Below are positions 22,490-33,117 of a stretch of 64,000 nucleotides of DNA, in pieces; the first letter of the stretch is position 1, and each line of letters opens with the position of its first letter. The DNA is from Longimicrobiales bacterium (lineage in GTDB: Bacteria; Gemmatimonadota; Gemmatimonadetes; Longimicrobiales; Gaopeijiaceae). The notes under the pieces were generated by a model, which worked only from the letters and a program-made list of their open reading frames with translations, was not told the origin of the DNA and did not search any database. The stretch is taken from the NCBI GenBank assembly GCA_965198065.1, contig CBDAON010000004.1, forward strand, positions 288,001-352,000. The letters run 5' to 3'. A program made the position numbers and the translations under genes.

Positions 22490-23730
22490 CGCCCCTCCTC
22501 CTCCGCCTCGCTCGGCTCGTCCGCCGGGAGGCGGCCGGGCCGAGCGTCACGTGCACCGTCAATGCGTTCCCGGTCCACCCCGACGGGCCCGCGCGCGGCC
22601 GTGGAGCCCGCGAGGACCTCTCCGTAATACGCCTCATAGACGGGCACGACGACTCGCGCCGCGAATCGCTCTTCCGCGATCCGCCGTCCGCTCAAGCTCA
22701 TCGCTCTCCATCGCTCCTCCGCGGAGAGGAGGTCCACCGCAGCGTCCGCCATCCCTTCGACGTCTCCCACCGGAAGGAGAACGCCGCTCTCCCCGTCCTG
22801 GACGACCTCGGGAATGCCGCCCACCCGACTGGCCACCACCGGCGTCCCGCACGCGAGGGCCTCCAGGGCGGCGAGCCCGAACGACTCGGACTCGCTCGGC
22901 AAGAGGAACACGTCGGCGCACGCGAGGAGCTCGTCCACCGAGCTGTGCTTGCCGAGGAAGAGGACGCCGTCCGCAACGCCGAGTGCCTCCGCGCGCTGGG
23001 CGGCGAGGGGACGACCCGGGCCGTCCCCGACCATCACGAGCCGGGTCGGGACTCGCTTCCGCACACGCGCGTAGATCTCCACAACGTCCTCGACGCGCTT
23101 CACCTCCCGGAAGTTCGACACGTGCATGAGGATCTTGTGGCCTTCCGGAGCCAGGCTGGCCCGGTGGCAGGGCTTTCCATCACGCCGGTAGCGATCTGTA
23201 TCGACGAAGTTCGGGATCACCCGGATCCGCGCCGACTCGACCCCGAAGCTCCGCTCCGTCTGCTCCTGCAAGTACCGCGACACGGCGGTAATCCCGTCCG
23301 ATTTCAGGGTGGAGAAGCGGGCAATGGAGTGGAACGACGGATGCTGGCCGACCAGCGTGATGTCCGTCCCGTGCAGGGTGGTCACGATCCTGGGGGCGAC
23401 GCGATCCTCGAACATCTGGGCAGCGATCCAGGCCGAAGTCGCGTGGGGGATCGCGTAATGCACGTGCACTAGGTCCAGCCCGAACTTTTCGGCCACCTCG
23501 TAAATGGAGACCGCGAGCGCGAGCGCGTATGGAGGGTGCTCGAAGAGGGGGTAGTGCTCCATCTCCACCTCGTGGAAGAACACGCGGTCGCGGAACTCCG
23601 AGAGGCGGAAGGGCTGGGCGTAGGAGATGAAATGGACCTCGTGCCCCCGCTCCGAGAGCGCGAGACCGAGCTCGGCCGCAACCGCGCCGGACCCCCCGTA
23701 CGTCGGGTAGCAGGCGATCGCGATCTTCAT
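22486..23730 (-). CDS. bshA: N-acetyl-alpha-D-glucosaminyl L-malate synthase (bacillithiol biosynthesis)
   Basis: CYPTYGGSG, HVHYAIPHA, TTLHGTD, HVSNFREVKR, ESFGLAALEA. Confidence 0.93.
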   Translation of the reverse strand: MKIAIACYPTYGGSGAVAAELGLALSERGHEVHFISYAQPFRLSEFRDRVFFHEVEMEHYPLFEHPPYALALAVSIYEVAEKFGLDLVHVHYAIPHATSAWIAAQMFEDRVAPRIVTTLHGTDITLVGQHPSFHSIARFSTLKSDGITAVSRYLQEQTERSFGVESARIRVIPNFVDTDRYRRDGKPCHRASLAPEGHKILMHVSNFREVKRVEDVVEIYARVRKRVPTRLVMVGDGPGRPLAAQRAEALGVADGVLFLGKHSSVDELLACADVFLLPSESESFGLAALEALACGTPVVASRVGGIPEVVQDGESGVLLPVGDVEGMADAAVDLLSAEERWRAMSLSGRRIAEERFAARVVVPVYEAYYGEVLAGSTAARGPVGVDRERIDGARDARPGRLPADEPSEAEEEGR

Positions 23731-23762
23731 GGCGTGGGGTCCCCGGCTGGGCGGCGTTCGGC

Positions 23763-24719
23763 TCACGGCGTGATCCGTACACTCCGCCCGCCGGCCCCGA
23801 TCCCCTCCCACCAGTCGACGATCTGATCGATCTGGTCGGCCAGCGGCGCAGTGGAGTCGATCGTCACGTCGGGACGGGGGGGCTGGTTCCGGAACCAGGT
23901 GAGCTGGCGCCGAGCATACCGGCGCGTCGCCCCCTGAGCGAGCCGGACGGCCTCCCGGAGATCGATCTCGCCCGCAATCGAGCGCGCGGCCTCCCGGTAG
24001 CCCGTCGCCGTCACTCCGGGGGCGTCTACGGTGAAGCCTGCCTCGAGCAGGCCCCGAGTTTCGTCTAGGAGCCCTCCTTGGAACATCCTGACGACCCGGC
24101 CGTCGATCCTTCGACGAAGCTCTTCCCGGGGAAGGGTGAGGAGGATCACCCCGATCTCGATCGCGTCGCCCTCTAGGGGAGCCCAGCGATGCCACCACGT
24201 GAGCGGACGCCCGGTGAGGAGCGGGACCTCAATGGTCCGGGAGAGCCGCTGTCTTCCCCCCGCCCGGGCGAGCCGGGCCCGCTCGGGGTCGAGAACACCC
24301 GCCCACCTGGCCATCTCCTGGCGATCGAGCCCGCGGAGCCAGCGCCGGAGCCGCTGGCGCCGCTCGGGCTCCAGGGCCGGCTCTCGGAAGACCGGGTGCG
24401 CGAGGGCACGCAGGAAGAAGCCCGTGCCGCCCACGAGAAGGGGGAGCCGTCCGCGCAACCGGATCCCGTCGATCCAGCCTCGCGCGTCCCTCGCGAACTG
24501 CCCCGCGGAGTACCGCTCGTCCGGGTTCACGAGGTCGAGCCCGTGATGGGGGATTTCCGCCCTCTCCTCCGGCGTGACCTTCCCTGTACCGACGTCCATG
24601 CCCCGGTAGACCTGACGAGAATCCATCGATACGATCTCGGCCCCAAGGCGGCGGGCAATCGGGATCGAGAGTCTCGTCTTCCCCGAGGCCGTGGGCCCTA
24701 CGATCGCGATTGCCCTCAC
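23763..24719 (-). CDS. miaA: tRNA dimethylallyltransferase
   Basis: GPTASGKT, DSRQVYRGMDVGT, VGGTG, TRRYARRQLTWF. Confidence 0.96.
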   Translation of the reverse strand: MRAIAIVGPTASGKTRLSIPIARRLGAEIVSMDSRQVYRGMDVGTGKVTPEERAEIPHHGLDLVNPDERYSAGQFARDARGWIDGIRLRGRLPLLVGGTGFFLRALAHPVFREPALEPERRQRLRRWLRGLDRQEMARWAGVLDPERARLARAGGRQRLSRTIEVPLLTGRPLTWWHRWAPLEGDAIEIGVILLTLPREELRRRIDGRVVRMFQGGLLDETRGLLEAGFTVDAPGVTATGYREAARSIAGEIDLREAVRLAQGATRRYARRQLTWFRNQPPRPDVTIDSTAPLADQIDQIVDWWEGIGAGGRSVRITP

Positions 24720-26503
24720 CTACCGAACCGGCGCTCGAGCTCGCCCAGGCTGAGGCGGATCGTGGTCGGACGGCCGTGGACGTCGTGGTACGGCAGCTCG
24801 GTCGCGAAGAGCTGGTCGAAGAGCTCCTGGATCTCCGACTCCTTGAGGGCCTGACCGGCCTTGATCGCCGCCTTGCAGGCGAAGGTCATGGCGAGCCGCT
24901 CGTGCTGGTTTCGAGCAGCACGCGTGAGATCGGAGCCGGTCGTGAGCTCGGCGATCATCTCGCGGAAGCAGCGCTCCGCGTCGAAATGGGGGTGCGGGTT
25001 CGGGACTCCGTGAACGATGACCGTGTTGCCCCCGAACCCTTCGACCTCGAAGCCGGTGCGCCGGAGGATACCCTTGAGGTCCTCCACCATGGCGTGCTCG
25101 GCGGGCGTGAGCCGAAGGGTGAGGGGAAAGAGGAGACGCTGGCTCCCGCCCTCTCCCCCGGCCTCGAAGCCCCCGATGATGCGCTCGAAGAGGATCCGCT
25201 CGTGGGCCGCGTGCTGGTCGATGAGGAAGAGGCCATCCCTCACCTCCGCCACGATCCATGCCTGATGGACCTGCCAGAGACGAGCGGGAGCGCCGGCCTC
25301 CACCTCATCTCCCATCAAGGCCACCGGGCGACGACGGCTCCCGCCGTCGTCCTCCTCGGGCCCGGGCGCCTCGGCCGGGCCGGCTCCGGAACGCGCCAGG
25401 AAGAGGACCATCTGCCGCTCGGCTGTTTCGTCGTGCTTGGGTTTCCGTGGCATCGGCTCCCGGACCTTCAGGATCGGGGGGGCCGGCCTGGGATCGAAGG
25501 TCGCGGCGCTAGCGGAAGGCTCGAGCGCCGCCCGAACCCCTCGCTCCACCAGATCCTCGACGGCCCGTCGTTTCCGAAACCGGACCTCGGCTTTCGTCGG
25601 ATGCACGTTCACGTCCACGGCGCCACGTGGGGCCTCAACGAACAGGAAGAGCCAGGGTCGGTTCTTCTCGGGAATCGTCGTCCGGTACGCGCGATCGGCC
25701 GCCTTGAGGAGGACCGGCTCCCGGAAGGGACGTCCCCCCACGAAGATAAAAGCTCGCCGGAAGCCCGGGCGCGTCGCATCGGGCCGGTGCACGAGCCCCC
25801 GGAGCGAGATCCCTCCTTCCTCGGCCTCCACCGGAATCAGGGCGCCGCCCGCCTCCTCGCCCCACAGGCGGGCCACGCGCTCGACGAGATCCGTCGCGGG
25901 TGGGAGGTCGAGGAGGCTTCGGGCCTCGGAGTCGAGGGTGAAGGCCACCGAGGGGTGCGTGAGCGCCAGGGGGATCAGGGCCTCACTTACGGCGCGCGTC
26001 TCCGCGGCCGGCGCACCCAGGAACTTGGCCCGCGCGGGCGCGTTGAAGAAGAGCGTCTCCACGGTCACCGTCGTCCCCGTCGTCCGTGCCACGTCCTCGA
26101 CCGTAGAGATGGCGCCCCCGCGGACCCGGATGCGAGTTCCGAGGGCTTCACCCCGAGCGCACGTCTCGACCGTGAAACGAGAGACCGACGCGATGGATGG
26201 AAGGGCCTCGCCCCGGAACCCGAACGTGCCCACACCGCGGAGGTCCTCAGCCGAGCGGATCTTGGACGTGGCGTGTCGATCCAACGAGAGAACCGCGTCC
26301 TCGCGGCCCATTCCGTGACCGTCGTCCGCCACGCGAATCGTCCGCTTGCCGCCCTGCTCGATCCGGACCTGGATCGTGCGGGCACCCGCGTCGAGCGCGT
26401 TCTCCACGAGCTCCTTCACCACCGAAGCTGGCCGCTCTACGACCTCCCCGGCGGCGATCTGGTTCGCCACCGTGTCCGGGAGGATCTGGATCGTTCGCGG
26501 CAT
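24716..26503 (-). CDS. mutL: DNA mismatch repair endonuclease MutL
   Basis: IAAGEVVERP, ENALDA, GFRGEAL, DVNVHPTK, DQHAAHER; C-terminal motif reads DVHGRP. Confidence 0.97.
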   Translation of the reverse strand: MPRTIQILPDTVANQIAAGEVVERPASVVKELVENALDAGARTIQVRIEQGGKRTIRVADDGHGMGREDAVLSLDRHATSKIRSAEDLRGVGTFGFRGEALPSIASVSRFTVETCARGEALGTRIRVRGGAISTVEDVARTTGTTVTVETLFFNAPARAKFLGAPAAETRAVSEALIPLALTHPSVAFTLDSEARSLLDLPPATDLVERVARLWGEEAGGALIPVEAEEGGISLRGLVHRPDATRPGFRRAFIFVGGRPFREPVLLKAADRAYRTTIPEKNRPWLFLFVEAPRGAVDVNVHPTKAEVRFRKRRAVEDLVERGVRAALEPSASAATFDPRPAPPILKVREPMPRKPKHDETAERQMVLFLARSGAGPAEAPGPEEDDGGSRRRPVALMGDEVEAGAPARLWQVHQAWIVAEVRDGLFLIDQHAAHERILFERIIGGFEAGGEGGSQRLLFPLTLRLTPAEHAMVEDLKGILRRTGFEVEGFGGNTVIVHGVPNPHPHFDAERCFREMIAELTTGSDLTRAARNQHERLAMTFACKAAIKAGQALKESEIQELFDQLFATELPYHDVHGRPTTIRLSLGELERRFGR

Positions 26504-26531
26504 GAAGGGTCGCGCTCGCCGTGCCGAGCGC

Positions 26532-27356
26532 CTACGCCTCGCCGGGGGGAAGCCGGAAGATGACGCGGGCCGCCTCCGTCGTCTCGCGCTCCACATCGTC
26601 GGGAGTCGCGCCCCGGAGGAGGGCCACGCGATCCCGGATCGCGGGAAGGAAGGCGGGCTCGTTCCGCTCTCCGCGGTGGGGAACGGGCGCCATGTAGGGG
26701 CCGTCGGTCTCCAGCATGTAGCGTCCGGCCGGTACCGCACGAACGGACTCCGCACCCTGAAACGACTTGAACGTGACGAGGCCCGTGAAGGACACGAGCC
26801 AACCTGCCTCCAGAGCGGCGTCGAGGAGCGAAGCGTCCCCGGTGAAACAGTGGAGTACGCCCCGGATTCCGGCCGTACCGGCGTCCCGGACTCTTCCGGC
26901 CATCTCCGCCTCCGCCTCGCGGCAGTGGACGACCAGCGGAAGGTCACGGTCCTCGGCAATCCGCATCTGGAGGTCGAACACCCGTCTCTGCTCGGAAGGC
27001 GCCGCGAAGTCGTAATGGAAGTCGAGGCCGCATTCCCCGATCGCGACCACGCGCTCCGACGAGTCCAGCGCCTCCCCGAGTCGGGCCGTCAGATCCCCCC
27101 CGCTTCGGCCCGCCGCATGGGGATGGATCCCGACCGTGCGCCACACCTGGGGCAGGGCCCCTTCGGCCCCGGACCCAGAGTCCGCGGGGTCGCCATCCCG
27201 GTACGAACCCACGATCTCAGTGGCCCTCGTATCGTCCAGGTCCGAGACGACGCACACGATGCCGCCGACGCCGACCGAGCCGGCGCGCTCCAGGACGAGC
27301 GCGAGGTCCGCCTCGTAGCGGGGGTCCGTCAGATGGCAGTGGGTGTCCAGGAGCAT
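26532..27356 (-). CDS. tatD: TatD family nuclease
   Basis: DTHCHL, GIHPH, GECGLD, HCR, HCF, ETDGPY, NEP. Confidence 0.93.
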   Translation of the reverse strand: MLLDTHCHLTDPRYEADLALVLERAGSVGVGGIVCVVSDLDDTRATEIVGSYRDGDPADSGSGAEGALPQVWRTVGIHPHAAGRSGGDLTARLGEALDSSERVVAIGECGLDFHYDFAAPSEQRRVFDLQMRIAEDRDLPLVVHCREAEAEMAGRVRDAGTAGIRGVLHCFTGDASLLDAALEAGWLVSFTGLVTFKSFQGAESVRAVPAGRYMLETDGPYMAPVPHRGERNEPAFLPAIRDRVALLRGATPDDVERETTEAARVIFRLPPGEA

Positions 27357-27384
27357 CCGGGATCCGCGGCCCCACCCTGGCCGA

Positions 27385-28359
27385 TCAAACGGGGATGGCC
27401 TGCTTCCCCTTCGGGCGCTTCAGCTCCTTCCTCCGGCGGGCCTCTTCCTTGGTTCCCCACCGCTGCTGGATCTCGAGTAGAGCCGGGGAGGCCACGAAGA
27501 TCGACGAGTAGGTTCCGATCACGATTCCGAGAATGAGGACGATCGTGAAGTCCTGAATGACCGGACCTGCCAGGAGGAGGAGGGAGACCAGCACGGCCAG
27601 CGTCGTTCCCGAGGTCATCACTGTCCTCGGGAGGGTCTCGTTGATGGACCGATTGATGAGGGCGATGGGGTCCTCCCGTCGGCCCCCCTTCTTGTTCAGG
27701 TTCTCTCGGATCCGGTCGAACACGATGATCGTGTCGTTCAGGGAATACCCGATGATCGTGAGCACGGCCGCGACCGTGGGTAGGGAGATCTCGATCCGGA
27801 AGAGCGCGAGCACGCCGAGCGTGACAAGGATGTCATGGGCCGTCGCGATCACGGCCGCCAACCCGAAGCGGAACTCGAAGCGGAGCCCGAGATAGATCAG
27901 CGTGAGGATGAACGAGATGAGGATCGCGAGCCCCGCCCTCTGGTTTAGCTCCACGCCGATCTTGGGCCCCACGAACTCCGTGCGGACCACCTCGAACTGG
28001 CCCACCCGGGGGCTTACCTCCAGCTGCTGTCGGATCGGCTCCACGACCTCCGCCGCTCCAACCCCCTCCAGGCCCGGCGTGCGGATCACGAACTCGTTCT
28101 CGGCTCCGAAGCGGGTGATCGGGGGCGCGTTGACCCCACCTAGCGCCTCACGCACGTCCGCGTCCGTGACCCCCTCGGCCATCCGCACCTGCATTAGCGT
28201 ACCACCAGTGAAGTCGACGCCGTAATTCACCCAGCTCCCGATAGTGAACAGGTTCAACACGATTCCGATGAGGCCGACCCCGATCAGGCACCCCGAGACG
28301 ACATACGCCTTCCGCCGGATCTCCAGGAAGGAGTAGGACGCGTTCTCGAAAATCCGCAT
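27385..28359 (-). CDS. secF: Protein translocase subunit SecF
   Basis: GVDFTGG, VGP, HD, GYSLNDTIIVFDRIREN, GTYSSIF. Confidence 0.97.
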   Translation of the reverse strand: MRIFENASYSFLEIRRKAYVVSGCLIGVGLIGIVLNLFTIGSWVNYGVDFTGGTLMQVRMAEGVTDADVREALGGVNAPPITRFGAENEFVIRTPGLEGVGAAEVVEPIRQQLEVSPRVGQFEVVRTEFVGPKIGVELNQRAGLAILISFILTLIYLGLRFEFRFGLAAVIATAHDILVTLGVLALFRIEISLPTVAAVLTIIGYSLNDTIIVFDRIRENLNKKGGRREDPIALINRSINETLPRTVMTSGTTLAVLVSLLLLAGPVIQDFTIVLILGIVIGTYSSIFVASPALLEIQQRWGTKEEARRRKELKRPKGKQAIPV

Positions 28360-28384
28360 GGATCGGGGGCTCCCGGCCGGTCGG

Positions 28385-30064
28385 CTAGATGCTCAACGTC
28401 TCACGCACCCTCTTTCCACCCAGATAGATGCCAATGAGCGTGCGGGTCACGTAGAGGGCCGTGAAGAACGAGGCGATGATCCCGATCGTGAGCGTCACGG
28501 CGAACCCCCTCACGGGTCCGGTCCCGACCTGAAGAAGGACGAGGGCGGTGAGGAGCGTGGTGATGTTCGAGTCCACGATCGCCGACAGGGCGTGGGCGAA
28601 ACCTTCGTCCACCGCGGTCCGAACGGATCGGTCGGCCGCCAGCTCCTCTCGAATCCGCTCGAAGATAAGTACGTTCGCATCGACGGCCATCCCCACCGAG
28701 AGGATGAGGCCCGCGATGCCCGGCAAGGTCAGGTTGGCATTCACCGCCGCGAGCCCGCCGAGGACGAGCACCACGTAGATGCCGAGCGCGCCCACGGCAA
28801 GCACCCCCGCGACACGGTAGTAGAGCGCCATGATGAGGATCACCAACACGATCCCGACGATCCCCGCGATCCGGCCCTGGTCGATCGAATCCTGCCCGAG
28901 CGACGGCCCCACCGTGCGCTCCTCGATGATCTGAAGCGCGGCGGGAAGCGCGCCTGCGCGCAGCACGAGCGCTAGATCCCTCGCCTCCTCCAGGGTGGAG
29001 CCGCCCAGCTCGATCTGGCCACGCGAGCCGATCCGGGCCCGCACGATCGGCGCGCTCACGACCTCGCCGTCCAGCATGATCGCGATCCTCTCGTTCACGT
29101 GCTGCCCAGTCATCTCCCCGAACCGCCTGCCCCCGACGCGGTTCAGCTCGAACGTCACCATCGCCTGGTTGAACTGCGGGTCACGCAGCGCCTGCGCGTC
29201 CACGAGCTCGTTCCCGGTCAGGAACGCATCGCGCTCGAGGACGAACAGCTGTCGGTACACGGCACCTCCCAACGCGTACGGCTCCCATCCCCACTGGAGT
29301 GCCAGCGTCCTTGGAAAGACGGCCTGGACCTCGGGCATCTGGAGGAATCCCCGGGCGAGCTCGAAGCTCTCCTCGGGCACCAGGAACTCGCCCTGATCCG
29401 GCCCGGCAAAGAGAAGCGACGAGAAGGGCCGGAGGTTCTGCTCCTCTTCGGAGAGGGCGAGCAACCCGTCGTCCGGCTCCGCGACGGAATCCGGCGCGGG
29501 CTCCGGGGCCGTAGAGTCGGCCGCCGCCGCGACCGAGTCGGCCCCGCCGCCGAAGAGGAGGTCGGACACGCTCTCGCCCTGGGCATCGCTCTCCGCCTCC
29601 ACCGCGCGCCCAAGGGCCCGGAGGGAATCCACCCCGAGCCTGGCTACGATGACCTGGTCGATCCGGTCCAGGTACGGCTGCGCCCGTGAGTTCTGGAGCA
29701 CCAGCTTCCACTCGAGAAGGGCAGTCTGGCCAATGACGTCCTTCGCCCGCTCCTCGTCCACCCCCGCCAGCTCCACGATGAGCCGATCCTGCCCCACCTT
29801 CTGGATGAGCGGCTCCTCGACGCCCAGCTCGTCCACCCGGTTCCGAATGATCCGCTCCGCCCGGTCGATGGCATCGGACCTCTCGTCCACGGACATGAGG
29901 CCATCGGGGTCGTCCACCTCGAGGACGAGGTGCATCCCTCCCCGGAGATCCAGCCCCAGCTTCACGATCGAGCCGATCTCGGTCTGGGTGCGATAGAGGT
30001 TGAAACCGCAGACCCCGGCCACGGCCAGGATCACGAGGATCCGCGCTCGGAGGGATGTGAACAT
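28385..30064 (-). CDS. secD: Protein translocase subunit SecD
   Basis: LGLDLRGG, LRAGALP, VGPSLG, GMAVDANVLIFERIREE, DSNITT. Confidence 0.97.
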   Translation of the reverse strand: MFTSLRARILVILAVAGVCGFNLYRTQTEIGSIVKLGLDLRGGMHLVLEVDDPDGLMSVDERSDAIDRAERIIRNRVDELGVEEPLIQKVGQDRLIVELAGVDEERAKDVIGQTALLEWKLVLQNSRAQPYLDRIDQVIVARLGVDSLRALGRAVEAESDAQGESVSDLLFGGGADSVAAAADSTAPEPAPDSVAEPDDGLLALSEEEQNLRPFSSLLFAGPDQGEFLVPEESFELARGFLQMPEVQAVFPRTLALQWGWEPYALGGAVYRQLFVLERDAFLTGNELVDAQALRDPQFNQAMVTFELNRVGGRRFGEMTGQHVNERIAIMLDGEVVSAPIVRARIGSRGQIELGGSTLEEARDLALVLRAGALPAALQIIEERTVGPSLGQDSIDQGRIAGIVGIVLVILIMALYYRVAGVLAVGALGIYVVLVLGGLAAVNANLTLPGIAGLILSVGMAVDANVLIFERIREELAADRSVRTAVDEGFAHALSAIVDSNITTLLTALVLLQVGTGPVRGFAVTLTIGIIASFFTALYVTRTLIGIYLGGKRVRETLSI

Positions 30065-30187
30065 GGCTTCAGCCGGCGGGATGTGGGCGGAACGAATCGA
30101 GACGGGAAGTCCTTCCGAGGCTCATAACTTCGCGCGCCGGGTGGTGAGGTGTCAATTCACTCGCCGAGCACGTCCGTCAGCAGGTCA

Positions 30188-32282
30188 CTAGAGCGCGGCG
30201 CGGCGCAGGACGGCGCGGACGCGGGCCAGGAAGCGGTCCGGTTGCATCGACTTGGTGAGGTACTCGTCCGCCCCGGCCTCCAGGAGCTCGGCCTCGGACT
30301 CGTCGCCCTCCGCTCCGGTCCTGATCAGCACGGGGAGCGCCGCGGTGTGCACCGAGTCGCGCACCCACTGGAGCACTTCTCGCCCGTCCATCTTCGGCAT
30401 GAAGAGGTCGAGGACGAGGAGCGAGTAGTCGGGATCCGCCCTCAGCATGTCGACCGTGGCCCGTCCGTCCACCGCGGTCTTCACCTCGTAGCCCTCCTTA
30501 CTCCAGCAGCACCGACATCATCACGCGCGCTTCCTCGTCGTCGTCCGCCACCAGCACCCTCGGCGGACCCTTTGACCCCTCGACCAGCTCCTCGTCTACC
30601 GCCTGCCCCAGTACGCGCTCCACCTCCACGAGGGTCGTCTTCCCGAGGGTCACCCACTCGATCGCCACGTCCATCATGGTCCGCATGCCGCCCTGGATTG
30701 AGAGGCGCTCAAGGGTCGTGTGGCCCTTCTTCAGCTCGATCGCCTGTTGGATCCTCGGACCCACGATCATCACCTCCTGGACCGGGATCCGCCCCTTGTA
30801 GCCGGCGAATCCGCACTCCGCGCACCCCACGGCCCGGATGACCGGCTCGGTCTCGTAGAGCTCCGTGAGTCGTTGCTCCTCCGGCGTGAGAACGCCACGC
30901 ACCGGCTCGGCGCATGCCGCGCACACCTTCCGAAGCAGGCGCTGCGCGAGGGCCCCCCGGAGCGCCGACCTGATGGTCGAGTGCTGGAGACCCAGGTCCG
31001 CCATACGAGCTATGGCGCTCACGGCGTCGTTCGCGTGAACCGTGGCGAGCACGAGGTGTCCAGTGAGCGCCGCCTGCGCCGCCGTCTCGGAGGTTTCCTT
31101 GTCGCGGATCTCCCCCACCAGGATGACGTCCGGGTCTTGGCGCAGGATCGCGCGCAACGCGGTGCTGAACGTGACCCCCTGCTTCGGCTCGACCTGGGTC
31201 TGGGTCACGGCCTGAAGCTCGTACTCGACGGGGTTCTCGACCGTCATGATGTTCACCTTCCCGTCGGCCAGCTCTCGAAGCGCGCCGTAGAGCGTGGTCG
31301 TCTTTCCCGAGCCCGTCGGGCCCGTCACGAGGACTACGCCCTCCCGATAGGAGAGGAGCTGGCGGAAGCGCCCCAGCTCGTGCGCCGGAAGCTCCAGGTC
31401 GTCGAGCGTGAACTGGGCGTTCGAGTCCAATATCCGGAGCACGCACTTCTCGGCCCCGGCCGCGGGAAGGGTCGAAACCCGGAGATCGTACCCGAGGCGG
31501 TTCACCGTGACCCTCGCCTTCCCGTCCTGGGGGCGGAGGCGATCCGCGATGTCCAGCTTGGCCAAAATCTTGATCCGCGACACGACCCGGTTCAGCGCGG
31601 ACATCGTCGGGAGCTCCATGTGCGTCCGGAGCACGCCGTCCACGCGGAAGCGGATCGATCCCTTGCCCCGGCCCGGCTCCACGTGGATGTCGGAGGCCCC
31701 CGCCCCGATGCCGTCCCTAAGGATCAGGTTCGTGAGTCGGATGACGGGCCCCGAATCGACGTCCTCGGTCGAGATGGACTCCGGGCCCATTTCCTCGACC
31801 AGGGCGACGTCGTCCAACTCCACGTCGCCCGCGTCCATCGAGCCCAGGATGTTCTCGACTTGAAGGTTGGGCGAATAGCGCTCGTCCAGCACCTCCTGGA
31901 TGGCCGACGGAGCCGTCACCTGGAACACGATCGTCCGCCCCGACGTGAACCCGAGGGATCGCTCGGCGTCCAGGTCCGTGGGGTCGCACGTCGCAACCAC
32001 CAGGTGCCGGTCCGTGAGCATGAGGGGGAAAACGTGGTACTTCCGGGCCATGGCCTCGGGCACGGTCTCGACCGCACCGGCATCCGGGATGGACAGGTCG
32101 GCCATGTTCAGCCGGAAATACTCGGCCACGAGCTCGGACATCCGCTGGTCCGCGATGCCGAGCGCCCGGGTCACGATCGGCCATGCTTCGCGGACCGGCG
32201 CGGTCGGGGGCAGCTCGGGGCGCTCGTCCGGCACGATCCCCGCCCGCTCGGCGACCCGGAACAGCCAGTGGACCGAGCTCAC
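30188..32282 (-). CDS. GspE/PilB-family ATPase fused to a C-terminal receiver domain; +1 frameshift at ~30500
   Basis: ASDIHVEP, PQDG, GPTGSGKTT, LRQDPD, GEIRD, GHLV, CxxC...CxxC; then RVLVADDD...LLE[T]KEGYEV...LDLFMP...LTK once one T is removed. Confidence 0.88.
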
Positions 32283-33006
32283 CCGACCCTCTCCACTTTC
32301 ACGCGCTTCTCCTCGTACATCGCTCGATCGGCCTCCGCGAGGAGTTCGTCCAGTCGCGTCTTCCGGCCGGTCTCGTACCGCGCGATCCCGATGCTCGCGG
32401 AGAGCCGGAAGAGGGCTTGCCCGCTGTCGTTGAACTCCTCGAGACGCTCCCGGAGCCGCCGCGCGAGCATCTCCGCGTCGTCCCCGGAGGCCTCGAGCGC
32501 CAGGACCGCGAACTCGTCTCCGCCAGGGCGGGCCACCAGATCGGACCGCCGGAAGGTCTGCCGGAGGATCTCCGCCACCTTGAGGAGCCCCCGGTCCCCG
32601 ACGTGATAGCCGTACGTGTCGTTGATCGTCTTGAACTGGTCGAGGTCGAGGTAGAAGAGCGCGAGCGGCCGGCCCGTTCGTCGAGCCAGCTTCGCGTGGT
32701 GCTCGCCGAGCTCCAGGAAGCCTCTCCGATTGTAGAGACCCGTTAGGTCGTCGATCAGGGACAGACTTCGGAGGGCCGACAAGAGGCGATGGCGCTCGAT
32801 CGCGTACCGGACGGAGCGGGCGACAAGATCCCCGTCCGAGCGTTCCTTCACGAGGTAGTCCTGGGCCCCCGCCTGCACGGTCCTGAGGGCCAGATCGAGG
32901 TCCTCGCTGAACGCAAGCACCACGATCGGCACGTTGGGCGCGAACGCGTTCGCCCGCTCGGCGACCCGGAACAGCCAGTGGACCGAGCTCACCCGACCCT
33001 CTCCAC
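32241..33006. repeat. 56-bp perfect direct repeat (32241-32296 and 32951-33006)
   Basis: CGCCCGCTCGGCGACCCGGAACAGCCAGTGGACCGAGCTCACCCGACCCTCTCCAC occurs twice, 710 bp apart. Confidence 0.95.
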
Positions 33007-33117
33007 CTGGTAATACCCGTCGTCGAGTCGGGAGAGAGCTTCTCGGAAGTTGCCCAGATCCTCGGGCGTCTCCTCGACCAGGAGGACCCGAGTCGAACGT
33101 CGGACCCGGTCGATCAT
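32279..33117 (-). CDS. REC-GGDEF diguanylate cyclase, interrupted within REC at 32951-33006
   Basis: N-terminal MIDRVRRSTRVLLVEE...YYQVERVG* (33117-32989); then PIVVL...GAQDYLVK, DDLTGLYNRR, DLDQFK, RRSD I-site, GGDEF. Confidence 0.82.

Noticed and set aside
24710..32606. Long antisense ORFs (e.g. 24710-26563, 30720-32606; likewise 9797-11281 and 17110-18468)
   Set aside because: Shadow ORFs opposite well-supported genes, expected in high-GC DNA; no recognisable motifs
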